Part shown: positions 38,101 through 49,679 of the stretch, one piece after another | How positions within the stretch are numbered: the stretch's first letter is position 1 | Layout of the letters: each line of letters opens with the position of its first letter | NCBI RefSeq assembly: GCF_963921235.1 | Contig: NC_086097.1 | Location: 104,038,001-104,102,000 of the forward strand | Reading direction: 5' to 3' | From: Mobula hypostoma | Taxonomy: Eukaryota | Length of the DNA: 64,000 bases | Notes under the pieces: generated by a model | The model's database searches: none | What the model was told of the DNA's origin: nothing | The model's input: only the letters and a program-made list of their open reading frames with translations | Made by a program: the position numbers and the translations under genes

Positions 38101-41100
38101 GTGTAAACGTTGTGTCAGGGTGTAGGGAATGTGTAAACGTTGTGTCAGGGTGTAGGGGAAGTGTAAACGTTGTGGCAGGGTGTAGGGGATGTGTAAATGG
38201 TGTGGCAGGGTGTAGGGGAAGTGTAAATGGTGTGGCAGGGTGTAGGGGATGTGTAAATGGTGTGGCAGGGTGTAGGGAATGTGTAAATGGTGTGGCAGGG
38301 TGTAGGGGAAGTGTAAACGTTGTGGCAGGGTGTAGAGAATGTGTAAATGTTGTGGCAGGGTGTAGGGGAAGTGTAAACGGTGTGGCAGGGTGTAGGGAAT
38401 GTGTAAATGTTGTGGCAGGGTGTAGGGGAAGTGTAAACGGTGTGGCAGGGTGTAGGGAATGTGTAAACATTGTGGCAGGGTGTAGGGGAAGTGTAAACGT
38501 TGTGGCAGGGTGTCGGGGATGTGTTAATGGTGTGGCAGGGTGTAGGGAATTTGTAAACGGTGTGGCAGGGTATAGGGGATGTGTAAACGTTGTGGCAGGG
38601 TGTAGGGGAAGTGTAAACATTGTGGCAGGGTGTAGGGGAGGTGTAAACGTTGTGGCAGGGTGTAGGGAATGTGTAAACGTTGTGTCAGGGTGTAGGGGAA
38701 GTGTAAACGTTGTGGCAGGGTGTAGGGGATGTGTAAATGGTGTGGCAGGGTGTAGGGGAAGTGTAAACGTTGTGGCAGGGTGTAGGGGAGGTGTAAACGG
38801 TGTGGCAGGGTGTAGGGGAAGTGTAAACGGTGTGGCAGGGTGTAGGGGAAGTGTAAACGGTCTGGCAGGGTGTAGGGGAAGTGTAAACGTTGTGGCAGGG
38901 TGTAGGGGACGTGTAAATGTTGTGGCAGGGTGTAGGGGAAGTGTAAACGTTGTGGCAGGGTGTAGGGGACGTGTAAATGTTGCGGCAGGGTGTAGGGGAA
39001 GTGTAAACAGTGTGGCAGGGTGTAGGGGACGTGTAAATGTTGTGGCAGGGTGTAGGGGAAGTGTAAACGTTGTGGCAGGGTGTAGGGGAAGTGTAAACAG
39101 TGTGGCAGGGTGTAGGGGATGTGTAAACGGTGTGGCAGGGTTTAGGGGAAGTGTAAACGTTGTGGCAGGGTGTAGGGGAATTGTAAACATTGTGGCAGGG
39201 TGTAGGGGATGTGTAAATGATCTGGCAGGGCGTAGGGGAAGTGTAAACGTTGTGGCAGGGTGTAGGGTACGTGTAAATGTTGTGGCAGGGTGTAGGGGAA
39301 GTGTAAACGTTGTGGCAGGGTGTTGGGGACGTGTAAACGTTGTGGCAGGGTGTTGAGGACGTGTAAACGGTGTGGCAGGGTGTAGGGGAGGTGTAAACAT
39401 TGTGGCATAGTTTAGGGGAAGTGTAAACGGTGTGGCAGGGTGTAGGGGAAGTGTAAACGTTGTGGCAGGGTGTAGGGGAAGTGTAAACGGTGTGGCAGGG
39501 TGTAGGGGAGGTGTAAACATTGTGGCATAGTGTAGGGGAAGTGTAAACGTTGTGGCAGGGTGTAGGGGATGTGTAAACGGTGTGGCAGGGTGTAGGGGAA
39601 GTGTAAACGTTGTGGCAGGGTGTAGGGGAAGTGTAAACGGTGTGGCAGGGTGTAGGGGACGTGTAAATGTTGTGGCAGGCTGTAGGGGAAGTGTAAACGT
39701 TGTGGCAGGGTGTAGGGGAGGTGTAAACATTGTGGCAGGGTGTAGGGAATGTGTAAATGGTGTGGCAGGGTGTCGGGGAAGTGTAAACGTTGTGTCAGGG
39801 TGTAGGGAATGTGTAAACGTTGTGTCAGGGTGTAGGGGAAGTGTAAATGGTGTGGCAGGGTGTAGGGGATGTGTAAATGGTGTGGCAGGGTGTAGGGAAT
39901 GTGTAAATGGTGTGGCAGGGTGTAGGGGAAGTGTAAACTTTGTGGTAGGGTGTAGAGAATGTGTAAATGTTGTGGCAGGGTGTAGGGGAAGTGTAAACGG
40001 TGTGGCAGGGTGTAGGGAATGTGTAAATGTTGTGGCAGGGTGTAGGGGAAGTGTAAACGGTGTGGCAGGGTGTAGGGAATGTGTAAACATTGTGGCAGGG
40101 CGTAGGGGAAGTGTAAACGTTGTGGCAGGGTGTAGGGGAAGTGTAAACATTGTGGCAGGGTGTAGGGGAAGTGTAAACGTTGTGGCAGGGTGTAGGGGAT
40201 GTGTTAATGGTGTGGCAGGGTGTAGGGAATGTGTAAACGGTGTGGCAGGGTATAGGGGATGTGTAAACGTTGTGGCAGGGTGTAGGGGAAGTGTAAACGT
40301 TGTGGCAGGGTGTAGGGGAGGTGTAAACATTGTGGCAGGGTGTAGGGGATGTGTAAACGGTGTGGCAGGGTGTAGGGGAAGTGTAAACGTTGTGGCAGGG
40401 TGTAGGGGATGTGTAAATGGTGTGACAGGGTGTAGGGGAAGTGTAAACATTGTGGCAGGGTGTAGAGGATGTGTAAATGGTGTGACAGGGTGTAGGGGAA
40501 GTGTAAACGTTGTGGCAGAGTGTAGAGGATGTGTAAATGGTGTGGCAGGGTGTCGGGGAAGTGTAAACGTTGTGGCAGGGTGTAGGGAATGTGTAAACGT
40601 TGTGTCAGGGTGTAGGGGAAGTGTAAACGTTGTGGCAGGGTGTAGGGGATGTGTAAATGGTGTGGCAGGGTGTAGGGGAAGTGTAAATGGTGTGGCAGGG
40701 TGTAGGGGATGTGTAAATGGTGTGGCAGGGTGTAGGGAATGTGTAAATGGTGTGGCAGGGTGTAGGGGAAGTGTAAACGTTGTGGCAGGGTGTAGAGAAT
40801 GTGTAAATGTTGTGGCAGGGTGTAGGGGAAGTGTAAACGGTGTGGCAGGGTGTAGGGAATGTGTAAATGTTGTGGCAGGGTGTAGGGGAAGTGTAAACGG
40901 TGTGGCAGGGTGTAGGGAATGTGTAAACATTGTGGCAGGGCGTAGGGGAAGTGTAAACGTTGTGGCAGGGTGTAGGGGAAGTGTAAACATTGTGGCAGGG
41001 TGTAGGGGAAGTGTAAACGTTGTGGCAGGGTGTAGGGGATGTGTTAATGGTGTGGCAGGGTGTAGGGAATGTGTAAACGGTGTGGCAGGGTATAGGGGAT

Positions 41101-41483
41101 GTGTAAACGTTGTGGCAGGGTGTAGGGGAAGTGTAAACGTTGTGGCAGGGTGTAGGGGAGGTGTAAACGTTGTGGCAGTGTGTAGGGGAGGTGTAAACGG
41201 TGTGGCAGGGTGTAGGGGAAGTGTAAACGTTGTGGCAGGGTGTAGGGGATGTGTAAATGGTGTGACAGGGTGTAGGGGAAGTGTAAACATTGTGGCAGGG
41301 TGTAGAGGATGTGTAAATGGTGTGACAGGGTGTAGGGGAAGTGTAAACGTTGTGGCAGAGTGTAGAGGATGTGTAAATGGTGTGGCAGGGTGTAGGGGAA
41401 GTGTAAACGTTGTGGCAGGGTGTAGGGGATGTGTAAATGGCGTGACAGGGTGTAGGGGAAGTGTAAATGGTGTGGCAGGGTGT
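5194..41483 (+). repeat. G-rich 30-bp tandem repeat (minisatellite/satellite), roughly 1,200 units
   Basis: 30-bp periodicity is directly visible, with consensus GTGGCAGGGTGTAGGGGAAGTGTAAACGTT. The left edge is diverged; the right part is homogeneous. Confidence 0.99.
21200..21399. other. Assembly gap (200 N) inside the satellite; true array length is unknown
   Basis: Run of exactly 200 N. Confidence 1.
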
Positions 41484-41560
41484 TTTGTTCAAGAACCTGA
41501 GGAGGATTAACTGTTCTTGAACACTGGCGGTGGAGTTCTGAGGCACTTGTACCTTCTGAT
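41483..41560 (-). mobile_element. Rex-Babar 3'-region fragment (first half; the second half is at 47508-47758 on +)
   Basis: The reverse complement AGAAGGTACAAGTGCCTCAGAACTCCACCGCCAGTGTTCAAGAACAGTT…TTGAACAAAA resembles CCAGGTTCAAGGACAACTAC of the Rex copy at ~3850. Confidence 0.7.
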
Positions 41561-41990
41561 CTCTAATCCCATTAACCCTGTGTCAATTTGCATATAGCTC
41601 AGATAATAATCCAGGGATTAATTCCTGTTAGTTTCTGCATTTTAGTTTAGCCCCGAGTTACTCAACAGAACCTCCTTCCTTGTTTTTCCTTTGTCATTGT
41701 CCCCACATGGAGCACAACAACTGGATCTTTCCCCTCCCACTCCAAATTCCTCTACAAATCCAATGAAATGTCCTGAACCTGGGCATCAAGCAGACAACAC
41801 AGCCTTCAGGACTCTTGATCCTTGTAACAGAGAATTGTGTCTATTCTCCTGATTATACTATCCCCAATTACAACTATGTTTCTCTCCTCCCCCCCCCCAC
41901 CCCGTAAATGGCTCCCAGAACCACAGTGCCATGATTCAGTTGATCATCCGTTCTATGGCCCCTTCTTACAGGAAGATACAGATTTGACCA
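41561..41990 (-). mobile_element. CR1 ORF1 SGNH/GDSL-esterase fragment, degenerate
   Basis: The minus translation NIVVIGDSIIRRI…IPGLLSELYAN*HRVNGIR aligns to VVIGDSIVRG…ILGLLPVLRDSESRNTMR in ORF 54896..55858. Confidence 0.85.
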
Positions 41991-42049
41991 GTTGTTGGCA
42001 AATGATTTGCCTAAAATCACAAGAAATTTCAGAAAATTGTGAAGGTAGT

Positions 42050-42325
42050 CCAGCCTATCATCCAAACCAACTTCTCCTCCACTGACTATCTATACTTGCA
42101 GCTGCTTGGAAAAACAGCCAACATAATCAAGGACATTTTGTTAAGCATATAAAATGACTCTAGCATTTTTTATTTACAAAATCCTCCAAAAGTATATTCT
42201 GCATTTTGTTAATGTTGTTTCCTTTGTACAGCAATGTATTATATCTGAGGTGACCTGTCTGGATGGTATGTTTAAAAAAAAGGCTTTTCACTCAATGTGA
42301 CAATAATAAACCAACTACCAATTAA
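42050..42325 (+). mobile_element. Rex-Babar-like 3' end
   Basis: CAGCCAACATAATCAAGGAC…TGTGACAATAATAAACCAACTACCAATT tail. Confidence 0.55.
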
Positions 42326-42329
42326 TCAT

Positions 42330-43600
42330 GGAAAATAGCAAAAGCTGCATTCTGAACGATGTCACAACAAACAATTGGCATCAGTGCTTGACATCCTGTC
42401 ATGCCCAATTATGATAGTTAAGCAGTTAATGGAAATAGGAGATAGCAAGAACATCTGTGTCCAAAATGATGGTGAAGACCAGCATGTAAACCCCAAAGAA
42501 AGATGACACATCAGAGAGAATATCCAGCCAGAAATGTTGATTAGATAACATGATTCAATTCACTGCAAGAAATATCTGAGAGCACCAGACTGGTAAAAGA
42601 CTCGACAATCCCAACTATAATACCAAAGACCTGCTGTTCAGAACTGGAAATAAGTTGCACTCAGCTGTTCCGGTACATTTACAACACTGGAATCTGCTTG
42701 ATAAACTGGGAAATTGTTTAGACAAGGGCTCCCCAACCTTTTTCATGCCATGGACCAATACCAATAACCAAGGGGTCTGTGGACCGCAGGTTGAGAACCC
42801 CCCGGTTCAGATGATCTGTTCATGACAAAGGACAAATTAGCTATAGACTATCTGCTTTCAATCACAAGGAAGTGTGCTGTCAGGTGGCACATAAACACAG
42901 CAGCCTGCTCATCAGTGCTGGCTTCAAACCTCAAACCTAAATCCAAAGATGAGCTGAACAGCTGAATTCCAAGAAGGAAGCAAAACTGACTGCCCTTGAT
43001 GTAAATGCAGCATTTGGCCAAGGAACCCTGGCATCAAGTTGAAAACACTTCCATAAATGAAAATAGTTGTGCTTGCTGGAAATCAATTTATCCAGCTCCT
43101 GCATATTGCTGGAGGATCTTCATCAGTAACATTCCTTCCATTGTAAGTTCAGCAGTGGTGGTGTTCTCTGAGGATTGTACAATGTTCAATTCCATTCGCA
43201 GTCATTCAGCAAATTAATATTCCATGCCTATATGCAACAAACTTTAACTTTGAGGTTAGATTACATTTATGCCACCAACCTCCAACAAGAGAGAATCCAA
43301 CCACCTACCTTTGACAAGTACCTGGTAGCTTTCTCCCACCCAGTCACCCCTGACCAGAAACTAAATTGGATAAGTACTATGGCTACAACAGCAGGTCAGA
43401 GGCTGGGGTTCTGCTGAGGAGTGACTCGCCTTCTGCCACTTCAAATCTTTCTACAGTCTTTGAGGCACAAGCCAGGAGTTTGATGAAGCATGCTGCGTTT
43501 GCCTGGTTGAGCGCAGGTCTGGCAATTCAAGTTCAAGAGCAAAGTAGCCCTCTTGACAGTCTAACAACCACCCTACACATTAATACTACCAAACTGTCTG
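42330..43600 (+). mobile_element. Highly degenerate CR1/L2-group LINE ORF2
   Basis: The segment at 42600-42720 reads roughly DNP.II.KTCCSEL…QLFRYIYNTGI….WEI, the pre-RT region of LINE ORF2. It contains many stops and frameshifts. Confidence 0.55.
42724..42804. mobile_element. hAT-Charlie-type MITE (~80 bp)
   Basis: Imperfect TIRs AAGGGCTCCCCAACCT / AGGTTGAGAACCCCCCG. The 8-bp TSD-like flanks GTTTAGAC / GTTCAGAT resemble NTCTAGAN. Confidence 0.75.
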
Positions 43601-44164
43601 CAACGCAGGCGACACGAGTCCCAGGTCATCATTGACCCATGTAGGTTGTGATTTGTAGGCTCAGAAATCAGTCATTGTCACCATATGCATAATCTTAGGG
43701 ATCATTGATGTTGAGCTAAATTGTTTAGAAGTCTGATTTATAAATAGATATGAGAACACCATCCTCAAAAAATAATTTTATCGCTGATTTGATTCTAAAT
43801 TCATCTACATATTTTAGAAGATAAATCATTGAAACTTCTCAAAGGAGCACAGCAAACAATTTCTAAACTCAGTTTAGATACCACGTTATATTTTACGTGA
43901 ACCAATTCTTTCCTAATCTAACCCCTGAGTAACAGATTCCAACACAGGCCTTTTCCCAGACAACTGGTCTCCAAAGCCAGTAGATAAGCGCACACTGAAA
44001 GAATCTAGTCTGATTAACACCTCCATAGAGTTTCTGGCCTCTACACTTTGAAATATAAAATAAATTGACAGAGCTTGCCAAACAGTTCCACAATGTATTA
44101 AAACTGTCAGCAAAGACTCTGGTCTCAGCTCTCCTCCCAAGCTTACCAGTTCCCACGACCCTTT

Positions 44165-47100
44165 ATGCCACACTATACCTAATCGCCTCCCTGACACCCT
44201 GCCACACTAGTCACACCACCCCTACACACTACCACACCGTTTACAGCTCCCTTACACCCTGCCACACAGTTTACACCTCCCCTACACCCTGCCACACTAT
44301 TTACACCTCCCCTACACACTACCACACCGTTTACAGCTCCCTTACACCCTGCCACACTATTTACACCTCCCCTACACCCTGCCACACCATTTACACTTCC
44401 CCTACACACTACCACACCATTTACACCTCCCCTACACACTACCACACCATTTACATCTCCCCTACCCTTGCCACACCATTTACACCTCCCCTACACCCTG
44501 CCACACCGTTTACACCTCCCCTACACCCTGCCACACTGTTTACACATCCCCTACACCCTGCCACGTTTACACATCCCCTACACCCTGCCACAACATTTAC
44601 ACTTCCCCTACACCCTACCACAATGTTTACACTTCTCCTAACCCTGCCAAAATGTTTACAATTCCGCTGCACCCTGCCACACTGTTTACATCTCCCCTAC
44701 ACCCTGCCACACTGTTTACATCTCCCCTACATGCTGCCAGTCCGTTTACACCTCCCCTAAACCCTGCCACACCATTTCCACCTTCCCTAAACCCTGCCAC
44801 ACCAGTCACACGTCCCCTACACCCTGCCACACTGTTTATACTTCCCCTACCCCCTGCCACACCGCTTACACCTCCACGACACCCCACCACACCAGTCACA
44901 CGTCCCCTACACCCTGCCGCACCATTTACACGTCCCCTACACCCTGCGGCACCGTTTATACTTCCCCTACACCCTGCCACAATGTTTACACCTCCCCTAC
45001 ACCCTGCCACAACGTTTACACTTCCCCTACACCCTGCCACAATGTTTACACCTCCCCTACACCCTGCCACACCATTTACACTTCCCCTACACCCTGCCAC
45101 AATGTTTACACCTCCCCTACACCCTGCCACACCGTTTACACCTCCCCTACACCCTGCCACGTTTACACATCCCCTACACCCTGCCACAACATTTACACTT
45201 CCCCTACACCCTGCCACAACGTTTACACCTCCCCTACACCCTGCCACACCGTTTACACCTCCCCTACACCCTGCCACAACGTTTACACTTCCCCTACACC
45301 CTACCACAATGTTTACACTTCTCCTAACCCTGCCAAAATGTTTACAATTCCGCTGCACCCTGCCACACCGTTTACACATCCCCTACACCCTGCCACATTG
45401 TTTACATCTCCCCTACACCCTGCCACACTGTTTACACCTCCCCTACACCCTGCCACACCATTTACACTTCCCCTACACCCTGCCACACCGTTTACACCTC
45501 CCCTACACACTGCCACACCGTTTACACTTCCCCTACACCGTGCCACACAGTTTGTATCTCCCCTACACCCTGCCACACCAATCACACCTCCCCTTCACGC
45601 TGCAACACCGTTTACACTTCCCCTACACCCTGCCACACCTGTCACATCTCCGCTACACCCTGCCACACCTGTCACGTCTCCCCTACGCCCTGCCATACCA
45701 TTTACACCTGCCCTACACCCTGCCACAACGTTTACACTTCCCCTACACCCTGCCACAACATTTACACTTCCCCTACACCCTGCCACAACGTTTACACCTG
45801 CCCTACACCCTGCCACAACATTTACACTTCCCCTACACCCTGCCACACCTGTCACGTCTCCCCTACACCCTGCCATACCATTTACACCTGCCCTACACCC
45901 TGCCACACCGTTTACACTTCCCCTACACCCTACCACAATGTTTACACTTCTCCTAACCCTGCCAAAATGTTTACAATTCCGCTGCACCCTGCCACACTGT
46001 TTACACCTCCCCTACACCCTGCCACGCCTGTCACATCTCCCCTGAACCCTGCCACACCATTTACACCTCCCCTACACACTACCACACCATTTACTTCTCC
46101 CCTACACCCTGCCACACAGTTTACACCTCTCCTACACCCTGAAACACCATTTACACCTCCCCTACACACTACAGGACCGTTTACACTTCCCCTATCCCCT
46201 GCCACACCATTTACACTTCCTCTAAACCCTGCCACACAGTTTATACCTCCTCTACACCCTGCCACACCAATCACACCTCCCCTTCACGCTGCAACACCGT
46301 TTACACTTCCCCTACACCATGCCACAGCGTTTACACTTCCACTACACCTTGTCACAGCATTTACACTTCCCCTACACCCTGCCATGCCTGTCACATCTCC
46401 CCTTCGCCCTGCCACACCTGTCACGTCTCCCCCACGCCCTGCCACACCGTTTACACCTCCCCTACACCCTGCCACACCGTTTACACCTCCCCTACACCCT
46501 GCCACACCAGTCCAACCTCACCTACGCCTGCCATACCGTTTACAACTCCCCTACACCCTGCCACACTATTTCTACCTCCCCTACACCCTGCCATACTGTT
46601 TACACCTCCCCTACACCCTACCACACCGTTTACACCTCCCCTGCACCCTGCTACACCGTTTGCACCTCCCCTTCACCCTGCCACACCGTTTACACCTCCC
46701 CTACACCCTGCCACACCGTTTACACTTCCCCTACACCCTGCCACACCGTTTACACTTCCCCTTCACCCTGCCACACCGTTTACACTTCCCCTACACCCTG
46801 CCACACCGTTTACACCTCCCCTACACCCTGCCACACCGTTTACACTTCCCCTTCACCCTGCCACACAGTTTACACTTCCCCTACACCCTGCCACACAGTT
46901 TACACTTCCCCTACATCCTGCCACAATGTTTACACTTCCCCTACACCCTGCCACACCGTTTACACCTCCCCTACACCCTGCCACACCGTTTACACTTCCC
47001 CTACACCCTGCCACACCGTTTACACCTCCCCTACACCCTGCCACACCGTTTACACTTCCCCTTCACCCTGCCACACAGTTTACACTTCCCCTACACCCTG

Positions 47101-47507
47101 CCACAATGTTTACACCTCCCCTACACCCTGCCACACCGTTTACACTTCCCCTACATCCTGCCACAATGCTTACACTTCCCCTAACTCTGCCACCCCATTT
47201 ACACCTCCCCTACACCCTGCCACACTGTTTACGCTTCCCCTACATCCTGCCACACCTGTCACATCTCCCCTACACGCTGCACCCCCTTTACACCTCCACT
47301 ACACCCTGCCACAACATTTACACATCCCCTGCACCCTGCCACACCATTTACACATCCCCTACACCCTGCCACACCATTTACACATCCCCTACACCCTGCC
47401 ACAGCACTTACACTTCCCCTACACCCTGCCACTCCGTTTACAATTCCCCTTCACCCCGCCACTCTGTTTACACCTCCCCTACACCCTGCCACACTGTTTA
47501 CAGTTCC
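44165..47507 (-). repeat. Same 30-bp satellite in inverted orientation (C-rich on +), more diverged
   Basis: Units CCACACCGTTTACACTTCCCCTACACCCTG are the reverse complement of the main array unit. Confidence 0.98.
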
Positions 47508-47758
47508 ACACATCTGTTGAGATGTTCCTACAAGCAATGATCTCACTTTAAGGACTCTTTATCTTGTTGTTTCATTCTCTTGTTAGTTATTTATCTTTGC
47601 ATTTCAACAGTTTGTTGTCTTCCATGCTCTTGCTCCCTCATTGATCCTGTTTACAGTTACTGTTCTATAGATTTGTTGAGTAAGCCCACAGGAGAAATAA
47701 TCTCAGGGTTGTATGTGGTGATATGTACATACTCTGATAAGTTTCTTCTGAAATTTGA
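47508..47758 (+). mobile_element. Rex-Babar 3' UTR and tail
   Basis: …AATCTCAGGGTTGTATGTGGTGATATGTACATACTCTGATAA…TGAAATTTGAAA tail. Family assignment is from my recognition of chondrichthyan Rex ends. Confidence 0.7.
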
Positions 47759-49205
47759 AATGCATGGTCAAAAATTGGTGTGGGAGAAGTGGTTTTGAAT
47801 TCACGAAACATTGGCACCAGTATTGGGAAGGAGGGATCTGTTCCAAAGACAATAAATTTAAAGAAAAAATAAAAATCTAGGAAGGGACAAAAATTTAACT
47901 TCCAGTAACATGGAGACAAAACTGAAAATGGTGATAATACAGGGCTGAAGATGTCATATTTGAATGAACTCAGTATACAGAACAAGGTAGATGATCTTGT
48001 AGTGCAGTTACAAATTGGCAGGTATGACATTGTGGGCATCACTGAGTCTTGGCTGGAAGAAGAGCACAGTTGGGAGCTTAACATCCAAAGATACACATTG
48101 TAACTGAAGGACAGACAGGTGGGTAGAGGGGTTGGGGTGGCTCTGTTGGTAAAATATGAAAATAAATACTTAGAAACGGACAAAGATCAGAAGGTGTAGA
48201 GTCCTTGAGGGTAGAATTAAGAAGAAACTACAAGGGCAAAAAGAACCTGATGTGAATTATATACATATGTATGAACAGTAGCCAGGATGTGGGATACAAA
48301 TTACATGAGACAGAAAAGACATATAAAAACAGAAATATTATGATTGTTATGGAAGATTTCAATATGCAGGTAGATTGGGAAAACCAGGTTGGTGCTGGAT
48401 TCCAAGAGAAGGAATTTGTAAATGTCTACGAGATAGGTTTTTAGAGAAACTTGTAGTGAGCCCACTGGGGAAAAGTCACTTCTGGATTAGGTGTTTTGTA
48501 ATGAACCAGATTTGATTAGAGTAAGATAAAGGAACCTTTATGAGGTTCTGCTATTATGAAAGAAAAGGTGCTTGGGAAACTGAAAAGTCTGTACGTAGAT
48601 ATGTCACCTGAACCAGGTGATGGTATACACTCGAGGGAAAAAATTGTGAAGCCATTTGTAGTGATCTTCAAAAATCACTAGATTCTGGAAAGGGCTGGAA
48701 TATTGCAAATGTCAATCCACTCTTTAAGGGAGGGAGACAAAAGACAGGAAATTATAGGCCGTTACCTGATTTGAGTAGTTGGCGAGATGTTGGAGTCCTT
48801 TATAAGGATGAGGTAATGGGGTATTTGGAGCCACATGATAAAATAGGCCAAAGTTAGCTTTGTTTCCTTAAGGGGCAATCTTGTCTGACAAATCTATAGG
48901 AATTCTTTGAGAAAATATCAGGCAGGATAGAAGAATGAGGGGGATCTCATTGAAACCTGTTGAATCTTGAAGGCCTAAAAAGAGTGGACGTGGAAAGTAT
49001 GTTTTCTATAGCTGTGGAGGCCAAGTCATTGGGTCTATTTAAAGTGGAGGTTGATAGATTCTTTTTAAAGGGAGTTAATGAATATGGGGAGAAGGCAGGA
49101 GAATGGGGATCGGAGGAATAATAAATCATCCATGATATAATGGCGGTATAGACTTGAAATGCTGAATGGCCCAAGTCTGTTCCTAGAGCTTATGGTCTTA
49201 TATAA
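47759..49205 (+). mobile_element. Degenerate, internally deleted CR1 (end of ORF1, endonuclease, part of RT, 3' end)
   Basis: NAW../WCGRSGFEFTKHWHQYW (ORF1), then YDIVGITESWL, DFN, a KGQSCLTNL-like motif and a CR1 3' UTR. Confidence 0.85.
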
Positions 49206-49229
49206 AGCTGATTTGCATCCAAATAAGAG

Positions 49230-49470
49230 TAAAAATTATTGAGGGTCAACAGGGACATGCTGAATTTCCTTCAACTTCTGAACCAATTGTTGGTGTCTAC
49301 GCCACTGGGTTATGCTTACACCTAGGAATTTGAACTCACAACCATTTTCACCTGATGATATCAAAGAAATGTGCATTCTAATCTGTTTCCTGAAGTCAAT
49401 AACCATTTCTTCTGTTTTGCTGACATTGAAGGAGATATCGTTGTCTTGACACGATGCCAATAGGCTTTCA
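49230..49470 (-). mobile_element. Rex-Babar RT C-terminal fragment
   Basis: CQDNDISFNVSKTEEMVIDFRK…FKFLGVSIT. Confidence 0.8.
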
Positions 49471-49679
49471 GTCTCTGCTCCGCCAGTTTGGACTACATTA
49501 AAAGGTACTGATGGCAGTCCAGCATGCCCTTCAACAGTCATTGCCGCAGGGTTGGTACCCAGATTAGATAGAAGTGGTAGAATGAGGGAAATACAGGGCT
49601 GTTAAGTCACAGATTGTGGTAGATGACCATTCTACTGCTACCAATGATCGTCCGCAGTGCCTTGTGAATGCCCAATATT

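Noticed and set aside
10595..41290. Giant minus-strand ORFs (3275 and 6868 aa, FTLPLHPATT repeats) as a mucin-like or structural protein
   Set aside because: The unit length is a multiple of 3 and none of the consensus codons in that frame is one substitution from a stop, so the frame stays open without selection. Several frames on both strands are open, one ORF reads through the N gap, and there is no signal peptide or unique domain.
5194..41483. CRISPR array
   Set aside because: Units are head-to-tail with no unique spacers, there are no cas genes, and the context is vertebrate.
5194..41483. Telomeric repeat or immunoglobulin switch region
   Set aside because: There are no (TTAGGG)n tracts, AGCT hotspots are absent from the unit, and no Ig exons are nearby.
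5199..41510. Plus-strand VAGCRGSVNV repeat ORFs as Cys/Gly-rich keratin-associated-like proteins
   Set aside because: They are broken repeatedly by the recurrent GCATAG variant, use non-ATG starts, and are translation by-products of the satellite.
43924..44046. Candidate minus-strand exon (TTTATTTTATATTTCAAAG acceptor; VEARNSMEVLIRLDSFSVRLSTG…)
   Set aside because: I do not recognise the peptide and the donor is weak; it needs tBLASTn or RNA-seq. If real, it would matter because it lies inside the inversion.
5194..47507. Foldback-type transposon with satellite arms around a 2.7-kb core
   Set aside because: The core is LINE debris without a transposase, and a simple inversion explains the arrangement.
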